From NCBI GenBank assembly GCA_964016885.1, contig OZ024740.1, positions 115,072,001 through 115,136,000 of the forward strand: a stretch of DNA of 64,000 bases, written 5' to 3'. Source of the DNA: Eledone cirrhosa. Its lineage: Eukaryota. Positions 43,914-58,760 of this stretch are shown piece by piece. Position 1 is the first letter of the stretch; every line of letters begins with the position of its first letter. A program made the translations under genes and the position numbers. The notes below the pieces were generated by a model, which did not search any database, was not told where the DNA came from, and saw only the letters and a list, made by a program, of their open reading frames with translations.

Positions 43914-44574
43914 TAAAATACAAGAAATAATTACTGAAATTTATGTTAATTATTGGAGCCACTTTTGCATGAGAAATATATCTAATATCCATCTGTACAG
44001 GAATAGTACAAGATACAATAAAACTTGGTAGATCTGTCAATAGATCCACTATTATTGTGTCACGCAGGTGTCCAGGTGTCACCTTTTTGATGAATTATTT
44101 CGCCAGACATATGTATCTCTTACAAATTAGAATGGCAATTTCATCTATATTCTACATTCTGCTTGACATATATAAAGTTAATTTCTTGAACGTGAAACTA
44201 ATATATATTGTCATTGTACTTATATATAGCCATTGTACTGTTGTTTGTTTTCTTTCCGTTTACCTTTCGCACACATACAGACATATATACATACATATAT
44301 ACATATATATGTACATACATATATACATATATAGAGAGAGAGACAGAGGGGGAAGGGAGAGAGAGAGGTAAAAACACAACCGCGGCGCCAAGCGGTTACG
44401 GCTTAAGAGATATATATACTCTTTTTTGAAGCCAAACTTGAGTCTTGTACTCTTGTGTACTCACAGTGCCGCCAGACAAGATTAAAATGTTAGATGATGA
44501 GACAGGAGAGGGGCGGAAAATATATTTGTTGGAATTTCTTTTTCAACTCTTGTTATTAATCAACATGTTTTACA

Positions 44575-44730
44575 TTTTTGTATGGTATATTTTATTTTAC
44601 TATTCATTTTTGTATGGTATATTTTATTCTACTATTCATTTTTGTATGGTATATTTTATTCTACTATTCATTTTTCTATGGTATATTTTATTCTACTATT
44701 CATTTTTCTATGGTATATTTTATTCTACTA
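44575..44730. repeat. ~31-bp minisatellite, about 5 copies
   Basis: TTTTTGTATGGTATATTTTATTCTACTATTCA repeated. Confidence 0.9.
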
Positions 44731-44742
44731 TCGGTCTCATAT

Positions 44743-44934
44743 ATAATTGTTTCTACTTTTGGCACAAGGCCAACAATTATCTCAGTACATTACTGGTGCT
44801 TTATTTTATCGACCCCGTAGGGATGAAAGCAAAGTTAACCTCGGCGGGATTTGAACTCAGACCATAAAGGGCCGTAACTCTTTGCTGCAGAGCATGGCGT
44901 CCGATCCTCTACCGATACTGCCAATCCACCGCCA
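44743..44934 (-). mobile_element. SINE S1
   Basis: Full-length homologue of the other copies. Confidence 0.9.
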
Positions 44935-45253
44935 TGTGCCAATCCAACGCCCTCATCTACTTATATATATAACCAGCAATTTCTCTGCCTGTCTGTCCGA
45001 CAGTGGAAACACGTGCGTAGAGAGAGAGTGAGAGTGAAAGAAAGAGACAGACTACGAGAGCGGGATAGCGGGAGGGAGAGAGGGAGAGAGAGAGAGAGAG
45101 TGAATAGACGCTAACACACGTGCTACAGAAACATTACCTTCCCCTCTCCACTGACTTTGGTCACTGAGGCCGAGGGAATCGCTGGTTGCTATAGAGACAC
45201 CTTGCACAAGCCAGCAGTAATCAGTTCGAGGCGGTTCTGACTTGACACCATGC

Positions 45254-45377
45254 GAAGAAGGTTGCCATTGAATTTGTGGTTTGAAGAAGGCTGCCATTGA
45301 ATTTGTGGTTTGAAGAAGGTTGCCATTGAATTTGCGGTTGTTGCTGCTGATAATAAGGACCATTTGAAGAAGGTTGC
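45254..45377. repeat. ~29-bp minisatellite, 3-4 copies
   Basis: GAAGAAGGTTGCCATTGAATTTGTGGTTT repeated. Confidence 0.8.
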
Positions 45378-45919
45378 TGCTGATGAGCTAATTTATTAAT
45401 CAGATTGCGCAGTTCCATAAACTACGTTTGATTTGTTCAATTTTTTCTTCAATTTTTTTTGTTGTATTTTTTTATTTCTTATTGAAAAAATATAAATAAT
45501 AAAATAAGGTTAGAAATTTAAATACAATTAAATACGATTTAATTTCCATTTCCAGCAACCAATATCCAGTGTTCAATTTCATGAAAAAATTGGAAATAAT
45601 TCAAAAAATTGAAGTTTAACTTTTGAACATTTGTTTTGACAATAAAAAAATATTTCCTTATTCACACCTAATGGTATGATTAAAATTTCATAGGAATATT
45701 TTTTTCTAACCGCCAGTTATTTATTTTCTCCTTTTTCGTTTTAAAATATATTTATTTCAAAGATTTCACCGTATAGATAACATATATATTTATACATGCA
45801 TAAAAGACACACCGAGAGACGGTGAACATGTGGTGCCGAAAACATTTATCATTCAAATCTCAACAATATCAGTATATACACTAGATTTGCTAGCAGAAAA
45901 CCGCCCACCGGGTGGTTTT

Positions 45920-47494
45920 CTATATATCTAAAACAGAGAATGTCTGTCTGTCTGACTCCCTAAAACTCGAGAACCACCCAACCGATTATTTTCAACCTTA
46001 ACACATGTAATACTTATGGTCCTTTGAGTGTTTTGAGCAAAAAAATATTTCAAATTTTCAATACCCTAGGGACCGGATTAGGCGATTTAGCGATCTCTCT
46101 ATAATTCTTAGTCTTTCTTTTTAGATAGATACATAGCTACGACGTCGTGTCCTTATAATATCTGTCTGTATGTCTGGCTGTCTGCATTACGACATTATGA
46201 CGCTATCTGTGTGTGTGTGTGTGTATATATGTATATATATAGTGTATATATATATATATATATAGTGTGTGTATTTATATATATAGTGTTTGTGTATATA
46301 TATATAGTGTGTATATATATATATAGTGTGTGTGTATATATATATAGTGTGTAACGTTTTTCGAAATATTTATTTCTGCGTTCACAGATTGATTTTTTTA
46401 GTTTCAGAAGATCCCGTTAAGGGTGAAAGCAGTGATTCTTTGCTTAAACTTTAATCTGTTATTTTAATAGATATATATATAATTATATATTCGTGTACAG
46501 ATATTTTTGCATACACAATAACAAAATATAAACAAACGTATTTATTTCACGAGGCTCGATAAGGATACATATATATCAAATATATAAGAATCCTAGAGCA
46601 AATATTGTTCTGATTGCTGACGAGGCAGAAGGGGATATACACGATTGGCTGAAGAAGGACGAGACTGTGTTAATATTAGGACTAAGGGCTGCTATCACAC
46701 CAACAGCAGCAAAAACAACAACAAAAAAAGAGGGAACGTAATTACATGCTTTTGAAAAATCTTAATGGAAAATTATTTGCCTATTCACCCAAAGCGACTT
46801 CACTTTTTATTAGGACTTCTGCAGCAACTGGTGAACATACGACGAAACTGTTTCAGAAAGGAGGGATAAACATGCCAATCTATGTTTAGAATCCCGAGCG
46901 ACGCCGGACCATTCTGCTAGTCTCTATATATAAAACTGAGGATGTCTGTCTGTGTGTGTGTGAGTTTGAATCCCTAAAACTAGAGAAACACCCAACCGAC
47001 TGTTTTCAAACTTTACACATGTAATACTTATATTTCAGGGAGTCTTCTGAGCAAAATAAATTTCAAATTTTCAACGCCCTAGAGACCGCATTAGGCGATT
47101 TAGCGATCGCTCTATATAATTCTTAGTCTTTCTCTTTTTAGATAGATACATACATATAACATCGCGCCCTTATAATATATGTCTGTATGTCTGGCTGTCT
47201 GTATTACGTCACTTCCTACAATTCGCTCTGCCTCCAGAACGCGCCCTTGTAATATCTGTCTGTATGTCTGGCTGTCTGCCACCCTTGCTCAAGACAAATC
47301 TCACACTCATTTCCCAAACAGTTGGTAAGTGCACACATCTTCTTTCTCACGTTTTAAACCACAGTGTTGCTTACTTACGTACCACCAGACCCTTACTTCT
47401 TTGCGAGTCGTGGTTGTGGCAATACTAAGCTTAGCTAAGGCGGTTATATATTTCACAATACCTTATCCCGTACAACGCCGGGTACCACTGCTAG
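45920..47494 (+). mobile_element. Two head-to-tail Helitron-like elements (45920-46920, 46921-47494)
   Basis: 3' ends CCCGAGCGACGCCGGACCATTCTGCTAG and CCCGTACAACGCCGGGTACCACTGCTAG; the second starts TCTCTATATATAAAAC. Confidence 0.8.
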
Positions 47495-48228
47495 TATATA
47501 ATATATAATGTTTTGAACCATTTATTAGTGTTTAATATTTTAATGTGTTTGGCAATCTAAATATCTTTTGGGTGTTTCTGATAGGCTTGCGATGGTTATT
47601 TGCATATATTTAGCACTATTCAGGATCTGAAAAATAGTTTATAAAGATATAACTAAATCAATATCCTGTATGAAGCAATAAAACTTTCTAACTCTATCTA
47701 ATGTGTCTTCTTTGTGAGACAGCATATATTAGCTTAGTTTCCCAATAATGTTGGAACTTTTTTCTACCTGAACTTTTTCGTTCGACCGTATTTGGGAACC
47801 TTTGAAGAATTATGAATATTCCACATGCAAATTTGTTGCTAACGCAAACAGGTCTCGATAATATAACTTCTATTTTTGATCGATGTTTATTGTTTAAATT
47901 TAAAATACTACAGCTTATTCATTCAACTAGCTTACTTAGAATTTGTAGAATCTGAAGTATAATGGTTTCTTTAATATTCTATTGATGTCAGAAGGTTTCC
48001 ACAATCAAAGAGTCATTTTTATTGTAAATTATGGCAATTTTTACGGCTTTAATTTGTTTGATGTTTTTTTATATAATTTAGGTGGCAAGGAGACACACTA
48101 TAATGTTGTTATGCATATCAAAGATATTATTTCACTTATATTACTGAACCTGCCAATGGGTATATTTTTTTTTACTTTCATTTTGTAAAGACATGTCTAT
48201 TTTATGATGGAGATTTTATCAATGACGA

Positions 48229-48346
<118 letters not shown>

Positions 48347-48369
48347 TTATATATATATATGTATGTATA

Positions 48370-48411
<42 letters not shown>

Positions 48412-48421
48412 CATAAGTATG

Positions 48422-48468
<47 letters not shown>

Positions 48469-48500
48469 ATACAAAAGCGAATATATATATGTATATGTAT

Positions 48501-48608
<108 letters not shown>

Positions 48609-49840
48609 AACCAAGTTACTTATGCATTCTTTTGAAGGTAGGAGACACTTGCTACTTAATATTCTCTTCGTTTAATTGATGTATGAGGTGAATGCTGGGA
48701 TGTAGGTTATTTCAGAAAAAGAATATTTATAAAAAGGTGATTTTTTTCTTATTAGACTATTCAGAACTACATAAAAGAGATATTACATAATGTATCCCTT
48801 TTATTTTATATTATTACATTATATTCTTTCTTTGTAATGATATAAGTATTTCGATTGCTTTTATTCATTTTTTCCAGAAATATGAAAGCAAAACTAAAAG
48901 TTTAAACTTGAGGAAGCTAATCATATACTTAAAGTATCAGAGAGTTACGAAAACATTCAATGTTTTCAATTAAAATTTTAGATTCTTATAATATATATTA
49001 TAATATAATATGTATAATAATAAGTTAACAGATGTTTTATATATTTATATACAAAATGACGATGGATAAAAATCCTGAAACACTAGTGTCTGTTATTCTC
49101 ATACAGCTACTGAGATGCCTGTAGCATGACCGCAGCTTTATACCCTTATCGTGAAACATTTCGTTTTATATATATAAACTACAAAAACATCATATATGCC
49201 TTCATATTCATCTCTATTATGAATCACAATATGTTTGTGCTAAGCTAATATGTTTGTGCATACATATATAGTCACTTGAAGATTATCTCATTCGAAATTA
49301 TCGCTGGTAGAGGATAACTCAGACGAATTCTCTCTTGTTTCAAAATGTTCCCTGAGGTTCCTAGATGTTCCTTGATGGTTTTCGCAGTACTCGATTTTCC
49401 AGTTGTACTCAACGAAACTGTAGTAGGGCAGTTCTAAATAAATAGATAAGCTTTTCTTTATCTTGTTTGATCCAAATATAATTTATATGTATATGTATAA
49501 ATATATATATATATATATAATATTAGGGATACTATTTATGGTTATGTATATATTATAACTTTTTATAGTTATGTATATTTTAAACCCTAAACAGTGAAGG
49601 TCCGTAATATATTTACTTTTTTGTTCTATACAAAAAATACCTTACCACCACAACCACCATAATAATCTTGCCTACCCGCTTAAAGTGCTTGCATTACGTG
49701 TAACACCCTGCCACACAATAATAGTATAAATATGAGACACACTAGCATGCTCCACGTGTAACTAACGCATACACTACCTACTAGACCTGACAATCAAACT
49801 ATCCTCTTGCATTATCTGTGTTATCTGCCGAATGTATTTT

Positions 49841-50307
49841 AATTTTTATTTTTATTTTTATTTTTATTTTTATTTTTATTTTTATTTTTATTTTTATTTT
49901 TATTTTTATTTTTATTTTTATTTTTATTTTTATTTTTATTTTTATTTTTATTTTTATTTTTATTTTTATTTTTATTTTTATTTTTATTTTTATTTTTATT
50001 TTTATTTTTATTTTTATTTTTATTTTTATTTTTATTTTTATTTTTATTTTTATTTTTATTTTTATTTTTATTTTTATTTTTATTTTTATTTTTATATTTA
50101 TTTTTATTTTTATTTTTATTTTTATTTTTATTTTTATTTTTATTTTTATTTTTATTTTTATTTTTATTTTTATTTTTATTTTTATTTTTATTTTTATTTT
50201 TATTTTTATTTTTATTTTTATTTTTATTTTTATTTTTATTTTTATTTTTATTTTTATTTTTATTTTTATTTTTATTTTTATTTTTATTTTTATTTTTATT
50301 TTTATTT
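49841..50307. repeat. (TTTTTA)n hexamer tract, ~78 units
   Basis: Nearly perfect array with one internal variant at ~50095. Confidence 0.97.
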
Positions 50308-50521
50308 TGTTTTGAATTTGAATTGCTGTACAAAAATAGTATAGTATAATATATGCCACTCCACTGTACATCAATATATATATATGTATCTGTATGTCTC
50401 TTGCGTTGGAAAGGAGGTCAATTATGTCTACATACATTGAAAAAGGCTCCGAAGACTCCAAGCCTAGGTTTGCATGAAACAATTGTAAGTGAATAAATGC
50501 TTTGAACATAGCTTTGATTCT

Positions 50522-50611
<90 letters not shown>

Positions 50612-50617
<6 letters not shown>

Positions 50618-50779
50618 ATACTTGGGGAGGGTCATATTGTTGTAATATTGCCAGAAACAATAACAGAAGATACTCACTGTTTGGTTGGTTTTCGCTTCTG
50701 TATCTTTTATATCACCATAGTTAATTTATTAGCAATCAATGTTTATCATTGACTGACCAGCGATTAAAAATACAGATAT

Positions 50780-50825
<46 letters not shown>

Positions 50826-51070
50826 TATCAAAGTTCCTTCGTTTCACATCTGCAACATCATCAGTGGTACTATTATTTTCCTCCTGTTGCATTGAATGTC
50901 TACGCCAAATAAATTAACTATGGAGATATAAAAGATACAGAAGCGAAAAACAACCAAACAGTGAGCGTGTTCTGTTATTATTGCTGGCAATATTACAACA
51001 ATATGACCCTCCCCAAGTATAACAACATTTCTTTTGACACACGATTTCATATCAAAATCCTTGCAAAACA
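50612..51070. mobile_element. Foldback-plus-tail pLTR-like element (family also 19432-19575)
   Basis: 50612-50732 is inverted at 50905-51026. Confidence 0.75.
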
Positions 51071-51086
51071 AATATATATATATATA

Positions 51087-51700
51087 TAAGGCGGGTAACA
51101 TTCCCGATATCCATGGATGAGTTCTCTCCAGCGGTCTCTGTCCCTTATCATCGCTGCCATGTCCTGCATCTCCAGGAGACCAGAATCTGTCCTTAGAGCA
51201 TCAACATATGTCAACCCCGGTCTCCCTCTTCTAGTGTGTCCATGCAGGGGCTCCCACAGGAGCATTGAGTGCAGTGTCAACTCTGGAAGTTGGGGAACAT
51301 GTCCAGCTAACCTCAGTCTCCTCTGTGCTACTTTCGAGCTGACTTTTGGGACGCTCCCATACAGCTCTGAGTTCTTCATCCTCAGTGTATACTTTATTAA
51401 TGTTCAGAGCCATCCTCAGCATTCTCGTGTAGCACCCATTCACCATTTGAGTGAGTTTCTTAGTCAGTGTCCAAGTCTCAGACCCGTACAGCAGCACAGA
51501 CTCCACTACAGCAACGAAGAGACGGATCTTCAGGTCTTTACAAAGGTCTGACTTCCACACCGATCTCAAACTGTGGCACGCCGCCCAGGCTTTGCTCTTC
51601 CTCTCGACCACATCATTTTCTGTAATCCCAATCTTTTCTCCCAGATACAGGAAGTCCTCAACCAATTCAAGCGGCTTCTCGCCTACATTCGTAATATTCT
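51087..51700 (-). mobile_element. RTE-type LINE 3' fragment
   Basis: VEDFLYLG...LKIRLF...VESVLLYGSETWTLTK...RLRLAGH...LLWEP; frameshifted. Confidence 0.9.
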
Positions 51701-51759
51701 CTGGCTTCTATCAGATACTTCGTCTTAATCTCATTCATCCTCAGCCCCACATTCATCGA

Positions 51760-51815
<56 letters not shown>

Positions 51816-51821
<6 letters not shown>

Positions 51822-52212
51822 TAAAAGGAAAAGAAAATGCTGACAAATTTTTCCCAGTGAAAAATAGTTTAATTAGGACTAAGTATAAATTAGTAATAAG
51901 TATTATTTAGTATTCAGTTTTAGTTTTAAGTTTTTAACTGCTGCACATTTCTTATGCTTTTCAAAAATAATTTTGAGATAGAGTGCTCGTGATTTTTGTT
52001 CTAATCTGATTAGAGCAAAAATCACGAGCACTATATCTCAAATTTATTTTTGAAAAGCATAAGAAAAACTAAAACTGAATACTAACTAAGACTTATTACT
52101 AATTTATACTTATTCGTAATTAAACTATTTTTCACTGAGAAAAATTTGTCAGCATTTTCTTTTCCTTTTTACTAATATATCACAACTCGTGTGTCACACC
52201 TCTATTTTTTTA
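51816..52212 (+). mobile_element. Foldback-plus-tail element (same family as 58761-59183)
   Basis: ~180-bp inverted arms centred on ~52007, plus tail CACAACTCGTGTGTCACACCTCTATT. Confidence 0.82.
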
Positions 52213-53502
52213 AATATATATATATATATAAGTAATCTTGCTCTTGTGCATTTCTGTCGACATGCCAACACAAGAGCAAGAATGCGAGGTCATTCTACTG
52301 ACATGGCTTTAAAGAGGCTGTTTGCATAGTTTCAAACCAATCGAATATTATTATTAATATTCTAAAAACTCAGATTGCATTTATTGTATTCAGCCATGTA
52401 GAGCGATAAACTATTCGTTTGTTATTTGATTATGGCAAAGCCGACCCTTAATCGCTCGTATGCTTAAAACTTACTGGCCTATCTGCTGATATGCAGTTCT
52501 GTAATAAAGTACCAGTAATGCACTGTGAATTGGTGGCCTTGTGCCTAAAGTAGAAACAATTATTATTAATATTCGAAAAACTCAGATTACATTTATTGTA
52601 TTCAGCCATGTAGAGCGATAAACTATTTGTTTGTTGTTATATATATATCTGTGTGTGTGTGGGGGGGGGGGGGGTGTCTGTGTGTGTGTCTGTGTGTGTG
52701 TCTGTGTGTGTGTCTGTGTGTCTGTCTGTGTGTCTGTCTGTGTGTCTGTGTGTCGGTGTGTCTGTGTGTCTGTGTGTCTGTGTGTCGGTGTGTCTGTGTG
52801 TCTGTGCGCGTGTGTGTGGTTCTGTGTCTGTGTGTATGTATGTATGTATCTATATGCGTATCGTTAAGACAAAGAAATAGTGAATAGAATGTGATTGGAT
52901 AGAAATGAAATTAAAAGAGAGCAACAAACATATGGAGAGGAAATGTAAAATATATTAAGAATGAGAAATGATAACACATTAAGAAACACAGGACGTGGGC
53001 ACAGGAGAAATTTGAAAGAGAAATGTAAATTGCCAGGCCATAGTTTTCTAGAAGTTATCCATGTGTCATGAATCGAAAGCTCCCGGAAAATTGTAGCTAG
53101 TTAATTTTTCATCGATATTCAGTGTTGCCCCAAGAGCGTCGTCACTTTTATTCTCCACTAACCCTTTTTAGAACGCCAAGGTAGAGTTACCACAGATCGT
53201 ATTACTGGTTGACAGAATTGAGAGCATTTAATGATATTCCAGTTTCCAAGCGCTCCCGTTCGGTCTTCGCTTGACCAAGCATGTCTAGCGAAAGGAAAAA
53301 CTGAAGATAATGCAGCCTTAGTGAATGTTAGTGCATCATGAGCCACGACATGTCCAGACTTCCACTCAGCTGGTGTTGACAGCAAATGCACAAATTGATG
53401 AACTGAGTACGTCGCTTCTACAAAAAGCAAAATCTCAAACGCTTCTGTACAGTCAAATGGGGACCAAGACAAGGCACAATGGTAACGTATTATTAGATAA
53501 TG

Positions 53503-53836
53503 GAAGAGTTACGGCCCTTTATGGTCTGAGTTCATATCCCGCCGAAGTTAACTTTACCTTTCATCCTTACGGGGTCGTTAAAATAAAGTACCAGTAATAC
53601 ACTGGGATAATTGCTGGCCTTGTGCCAAAAGTAAAAACAATTATTAGATAATTGTTTCTACTTTTAGCACAAGGCCAGCAATTACCCAGTACATTACTGG
53701 TACTTTATTTTATCGACCCCGTAAGGATGAAAGGCAAAGTTAACCTCGGCGGGATTTGAACTCAGAATGGCAAGGGCAGTAACTCTATGCGTCAAAGCAT
53801 GGCGTCCAACTCTCTACCGATACTGCCAATTCACGA
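53503..53836. mobile_element. Tail-to-tail inverted pair of SINE S1 (53503-53641 +, 53649-53836 -)
   Basis: Homology to S1; ATTATTAGATAAT is duplicated at ~53489 and ~53640. Confidence 0.87.
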
Positions 53837-54140
53837 CGCGTGTGTACGCGTTCGCCACCTCTGCTCGACAATTCACGTGTAGCTTTATTTTTGCCCATTT
53901 CTGCTCTGTTTTTCAGATGCCGAGGCACAGGCCACCGACTTTTAATATTAACTACAATATCAATATCAATATCAATAAACAAATTATTCAGATTAAATGT
54001 CTAACTTTATATTCTGAAAAAGGATTGCCTCTGAGACAGAGGGTAATGTAACAGGAAAAACAAACGAACAAACGAGTAACACATCAAAAGTAAAAACGTA
54101 TATCAATAATAATAATAATAATAACAATAATAACAATAAC

Positions 54141-54175
<35 letters not shown>

Positions 54176-54180
54176 AAGTC

Positions 54181-54241
<61 letters not shown>

Positions 54242-54892
54242 AATTAATAATAATAATAGATCTATAAATAAACAAATAAACCTCTAAAACTAAAACACAA
54301 ATAATGCATATATATATATAAATATATATATATATAGATAGATATATAGATAGATATATAGATAGATAGATGGATAGATAGACGTGTTTTATATATATAT
54401 ATAAACGTAGGTGTGTATGCGTGTGTGTGTGTGTCAAATATTGCCAAAAAAAAACAAACAATTCTGACGCGTATAAAGAGAAATAAATAAAAACAAAAAT
54501 TTAAAATGTATAAAACTTAACCTTTTTGTATCTCAGGAACGTGACTAGAGAACGAAAACCATTTCCTATTATTAAATTTCAAAGTACTTGACCGGAAAAT
54601 AAATATTTATTTTATTATACACGCTATTGTCAGGGAAAAATATACATTTGAATATAAGGTAATGTGTATGGTTTGTGAGATTTCTTTTTTTCTTAACTTT
54701 TGCTGCAGAATAAAATGTGTTATAAAAATATTATTTTGAATAAGTATTACAATAAAGATAATATACTATATGAATCTTTAGTGAGTCAAGAAGTGGACTT
54801 TTTCTGGTGCCTTTTCATTAAAACGCATACAAAAAAATACACACGCACACACACGCACACACATGCACACACACACACACACATACACACAG

Positions 54893-54949
<57 letters not shown>

Positions 54950-55605
54950 AAGTGACAATAAGAATTGCAGCATTTTGTAAACTTGATTACATATTACAAT
55001 TTGTTTCCATATCGATCTGCTCGTGTTTGATCATGTGATCGGATCCCGACTCTTAGTCGACACTTCTTCAAATATGAGAGTTTATATGGCATGGGTGGTC
55101 TCATATATATATGTAAAAGGTCAACAGAAATAAAGCAAATGAAAAAATACATTAGTTTAACGCTTGATATAGTAGGAAAAGAGTCTTAAATTTTCGGACT
55201 CTAGTCCTTCATCAGAAGAAAGAATGAGAAATAAAAGATCAAATAGTAAGATAGAGAAAAGGCAGAAACGGAAAAAGATTTTTATGACAAGAAATGCATG
55301 TGTATTCAGTCACATACATGCATGTATAATGCATGAAAGACAGCCAAATACAGACACCCGCATATAAATGTGTGCACATATGTTTGTACCAATGCAAAGA
55401 ACCTTAAAATTCGTCGATCACTATAAATAATAGTTGAGAGAATTGGGTAGACACACATATTTGATATTCTGAGCTTAATGTATTAGATTCCGCCTACAGA
55501 TGCGCATGAATTTGGCTTTCATGCCTTATACATGCATTACTTATATATTTTCCCGTGGACATGAAGCTAGATATTATCAAGATATTTTCCAATATACGAT
55601 CGGTG

Positions 55606-55826
55606 AGAGCGGTGGATTGGCAGTATCAGTAGGACGTCGGACAACATGCTTTATGGTTTATAGCTACTCCCCTTTAAGATCTGAGTTCAAATCCCACCGA
55701 GGTTAGCTTTGCCTTTCATCCTTACGGTGTCAATAAAATAAAGTACCAGTAATGGACTGGTGTCGATTTAATTGACTTTCCCCTCCCCCTAAATTGTTAG
55801 CCATCTGCCTAAATCAGAAACCAATA
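55606..55826 (+). mobile_element. SINE S1-related, diverged
   Basis: GCGGTGGATTGGCAGTATCAGTAG...GAGTTCAAATCCC...GCCTTTCATCCTTACGG...AAGTACCAG. Confidence 0.8.
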
Positions 55827-56195
55827 TACTGATGGGTGAACATACGTATATCGCAGGCAAGGAAATACAATGCGATGGTTGATAGTAATCGTGATGTTGT
55901 TATTGCTGTTATTGTTGTTCTTGTTGCTGAGAGGGGTGGTGGTTGTTTTATTTGGAGTAGTGATGGTCGTGATGATGTTCATGGCATCGATGGTTGTGGA
56001 TAATGTTGATGATGATATTGATGCTGCTACTGCTGTTTCTGTAAATGATGATGTTGATGATGATAATGATGATAATGATGATGATGATGATGATCATCAT
56101 CATCATCATCATCATAATGGAGATGAGTAGGTGATGGTAATTCACGTGATGTCAGTGACGATTAAGATGCTAATGGTTCATATGACTAGCATCTT

Positions 56196-56377
56196 TATCG
56201 TTATCGGTAGAGGATCTGACGCCTTGCTTTGCAGCATAGAGTTACATCCCTTTACCGTCTGAGTTCAAATCCCGCTGAGGTTAACTTTGCCTTTTATCCT
56301 TACAGGGTCGATAAAAATAATATACCAGTAATGCACAGGTATAATTGCTGGCCTTGTGCCATAAGTAGAAACAATTA
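56196..56377 (+). mobile_element. SINE S1
   Basis: Homologous body and tail. Confidence 0.85.
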
Positions 56378-56441
56378 TTATAATCATCGACACCATGCTA
56401 TTGGGGGAAATTAATTGAAATTATTCCATAAATAGATAATG

Positions 56442-56498
<57 letters not shown>

Positions 56499-56554
56499 TT
56501 ACTACTACTACTACTACTACTACTACTATTACTACTACTAATACTACTACTAAA

Positions 56555-56609
<55 letters not shown>

Positions 56610-56652
56610 TTACAATAACTACTACTACTACAACTACCACCACTACTACTAT

Positions 56653-56720
<68 letters not shown>
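56442..56720. repeat. (TAC)n trinucleotide tract
   Basis: Direct read; similar tracts at 22147, 54181 and 61309. Confidence 0.95.
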
Positions 56721-57048
56721 TTTGCTCTCGTTTCACGAATGCTTTGTTTTCAGGGCAGTGTTAATTTTCAATATTGTTGCATACCGTTCAGGCTATAGAG
56801 TTCAGTCCATAATCGCGCCAAACAAGAAGAGGATGGTAGTGGACGATGGGAGCTCCTTGCTTCGTTCTCTTTTTTTCTTTTTGCTTTTTGTCTCCCTGTA
56901 ATTTCTCTAGTTTTCCATGTCTCCATTTCTCCGTTGTTTTACTGTCGATAGTCAGAATTTCTCATTGCCACTTACTCTCTTCGTCACCTTTTTCCTAAAC
57001 ACACATGCATTATATACACACACACATATACACGCGCGCGTGTGTGTG

Positions 57049-57094
<46 letters not shown>

Positions 57095-57413
57095 AATAAA
57101 CCTTTCAAGGAATTACACCAGTCCAGCCTCCTGTTATTTTATAATAATTAACTCTGTACTCGCACCATCAACTACACTACACAAACGAAGACGGGTGAGT
57201 TGCATTACGTTGAGTGTTCTCCATAATATTACATCGAGGTTGACCATACAGAATGACCATTTCTATCCAGTGGTAAACCAAAATACCTAAATAAATATAT
57301 ATATATATATATAACGAAGGAGTTGTGGTAAGGAACCAGATGGACCATAACGCACCAGAGTACTCAATACTTGGGGTAGTAGAGTGGGTAATAGGAGAAA
57401 GTATGCTTCCTCC

Positions 57414-57858
<445 letters not shown>

Positions 57859-57867
57859 GGGCGGAAT

Positions 57868-57950
<83 letters not shown>

Positions 57951-58314
57951 CCAATTCAATCCAGGGCCGTCTCACCCATGTTGGAGGAACCCATCTCTGG
58001 TTGACCTCCAACGCTTTCTTTTTGGGTTTTGGTCATGTCAGGGGTTTAGACGCACTCACCACATATGTTCAATTGTGGGTTGGTGAGGCTATATAGCCTA
58101 TGATTATGGTGGATGGTCGTTCATCCTGAGGATTTCATCCACCCTTTTTACTGCTCTTGTTTTTTTTTATATTTTTTGTACTGCTGGGTTTCCGCTTATC
58201 CACCTAGCCAGATCAGGGTCTGGCGAAGGAGCCGATTTAGTCGCCAACCACTTGATAATGAAGCAGATTGTATTGGGTTATATGGTACAAGCAACAGGAA
58301 GAAGCCTGACCTGA

Positions 58315-58347
<33 letters not shown>

Positions 58348-58355
<8 letters not shown>

Positions 58356-58744
58356 AAATAGGATTTCGCTTCAAGCATAGCTTTATACAATATGTATAAA
58401 TATTTCTTATCTCCAAAGAAATACAGTTTTAGGAAGCCGTAGCTATGCAAACGCCGGGGAGGGGGAGGAGGGGTGCTAACGCTTTCTGGTGATGTCCAGC
58501 AGAAGCAAGGGGGACAACCGTCTATGCATTTCAGTCTTAACTGGCCTTCGTGAGGACGTTCCCTCCCATCGCTTGCGACTGCTGGAGTAGAAGATAGGCG
58601 AGAATATATACTTTTCTCGTCTGTATAAATAAGGTGATTAATCTCATTTGCATATGAAGCTGCATAAGTTGGCTCAACTTATATTAAAAAAGAAATAGTA
58701 TTTCGCTACAAGCATAGCTTTATACAATATGTATAAATATTTCG
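58348..58744 (-). mobile_element. Partial tandem pLTR-like unit (~340-bp period) with a degenerate hammerhead at 58519-58558
   Basis: Direct repeat AAAAAGAAATAG...GTATAAATATTTC at both ends; CGTC-CTCACGA...GAAA-TGCA-TA-GACG. Confidence 0.68.
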
Positions 58745-58760
58745 TATATATATATATATA

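Noticed and set aside
44575-44730. 31-bp repeats as a possible CRISPR array
   Set aside because: There are no unique spacers or cas genes and the context is eukaryotic; it is a minisatellite.
50840-50878. Minus-strand CTGATGA...GAAA motif
   Set aside because: The stems and UH cleavage site are not convincing, so it was not counted as a ribozyme.
53158-53500. Complex-sequence ORFs as a possible host exon or gag relic
   Set aside because: No recognisable domain or clear splice signals; BLASTX would be needed.
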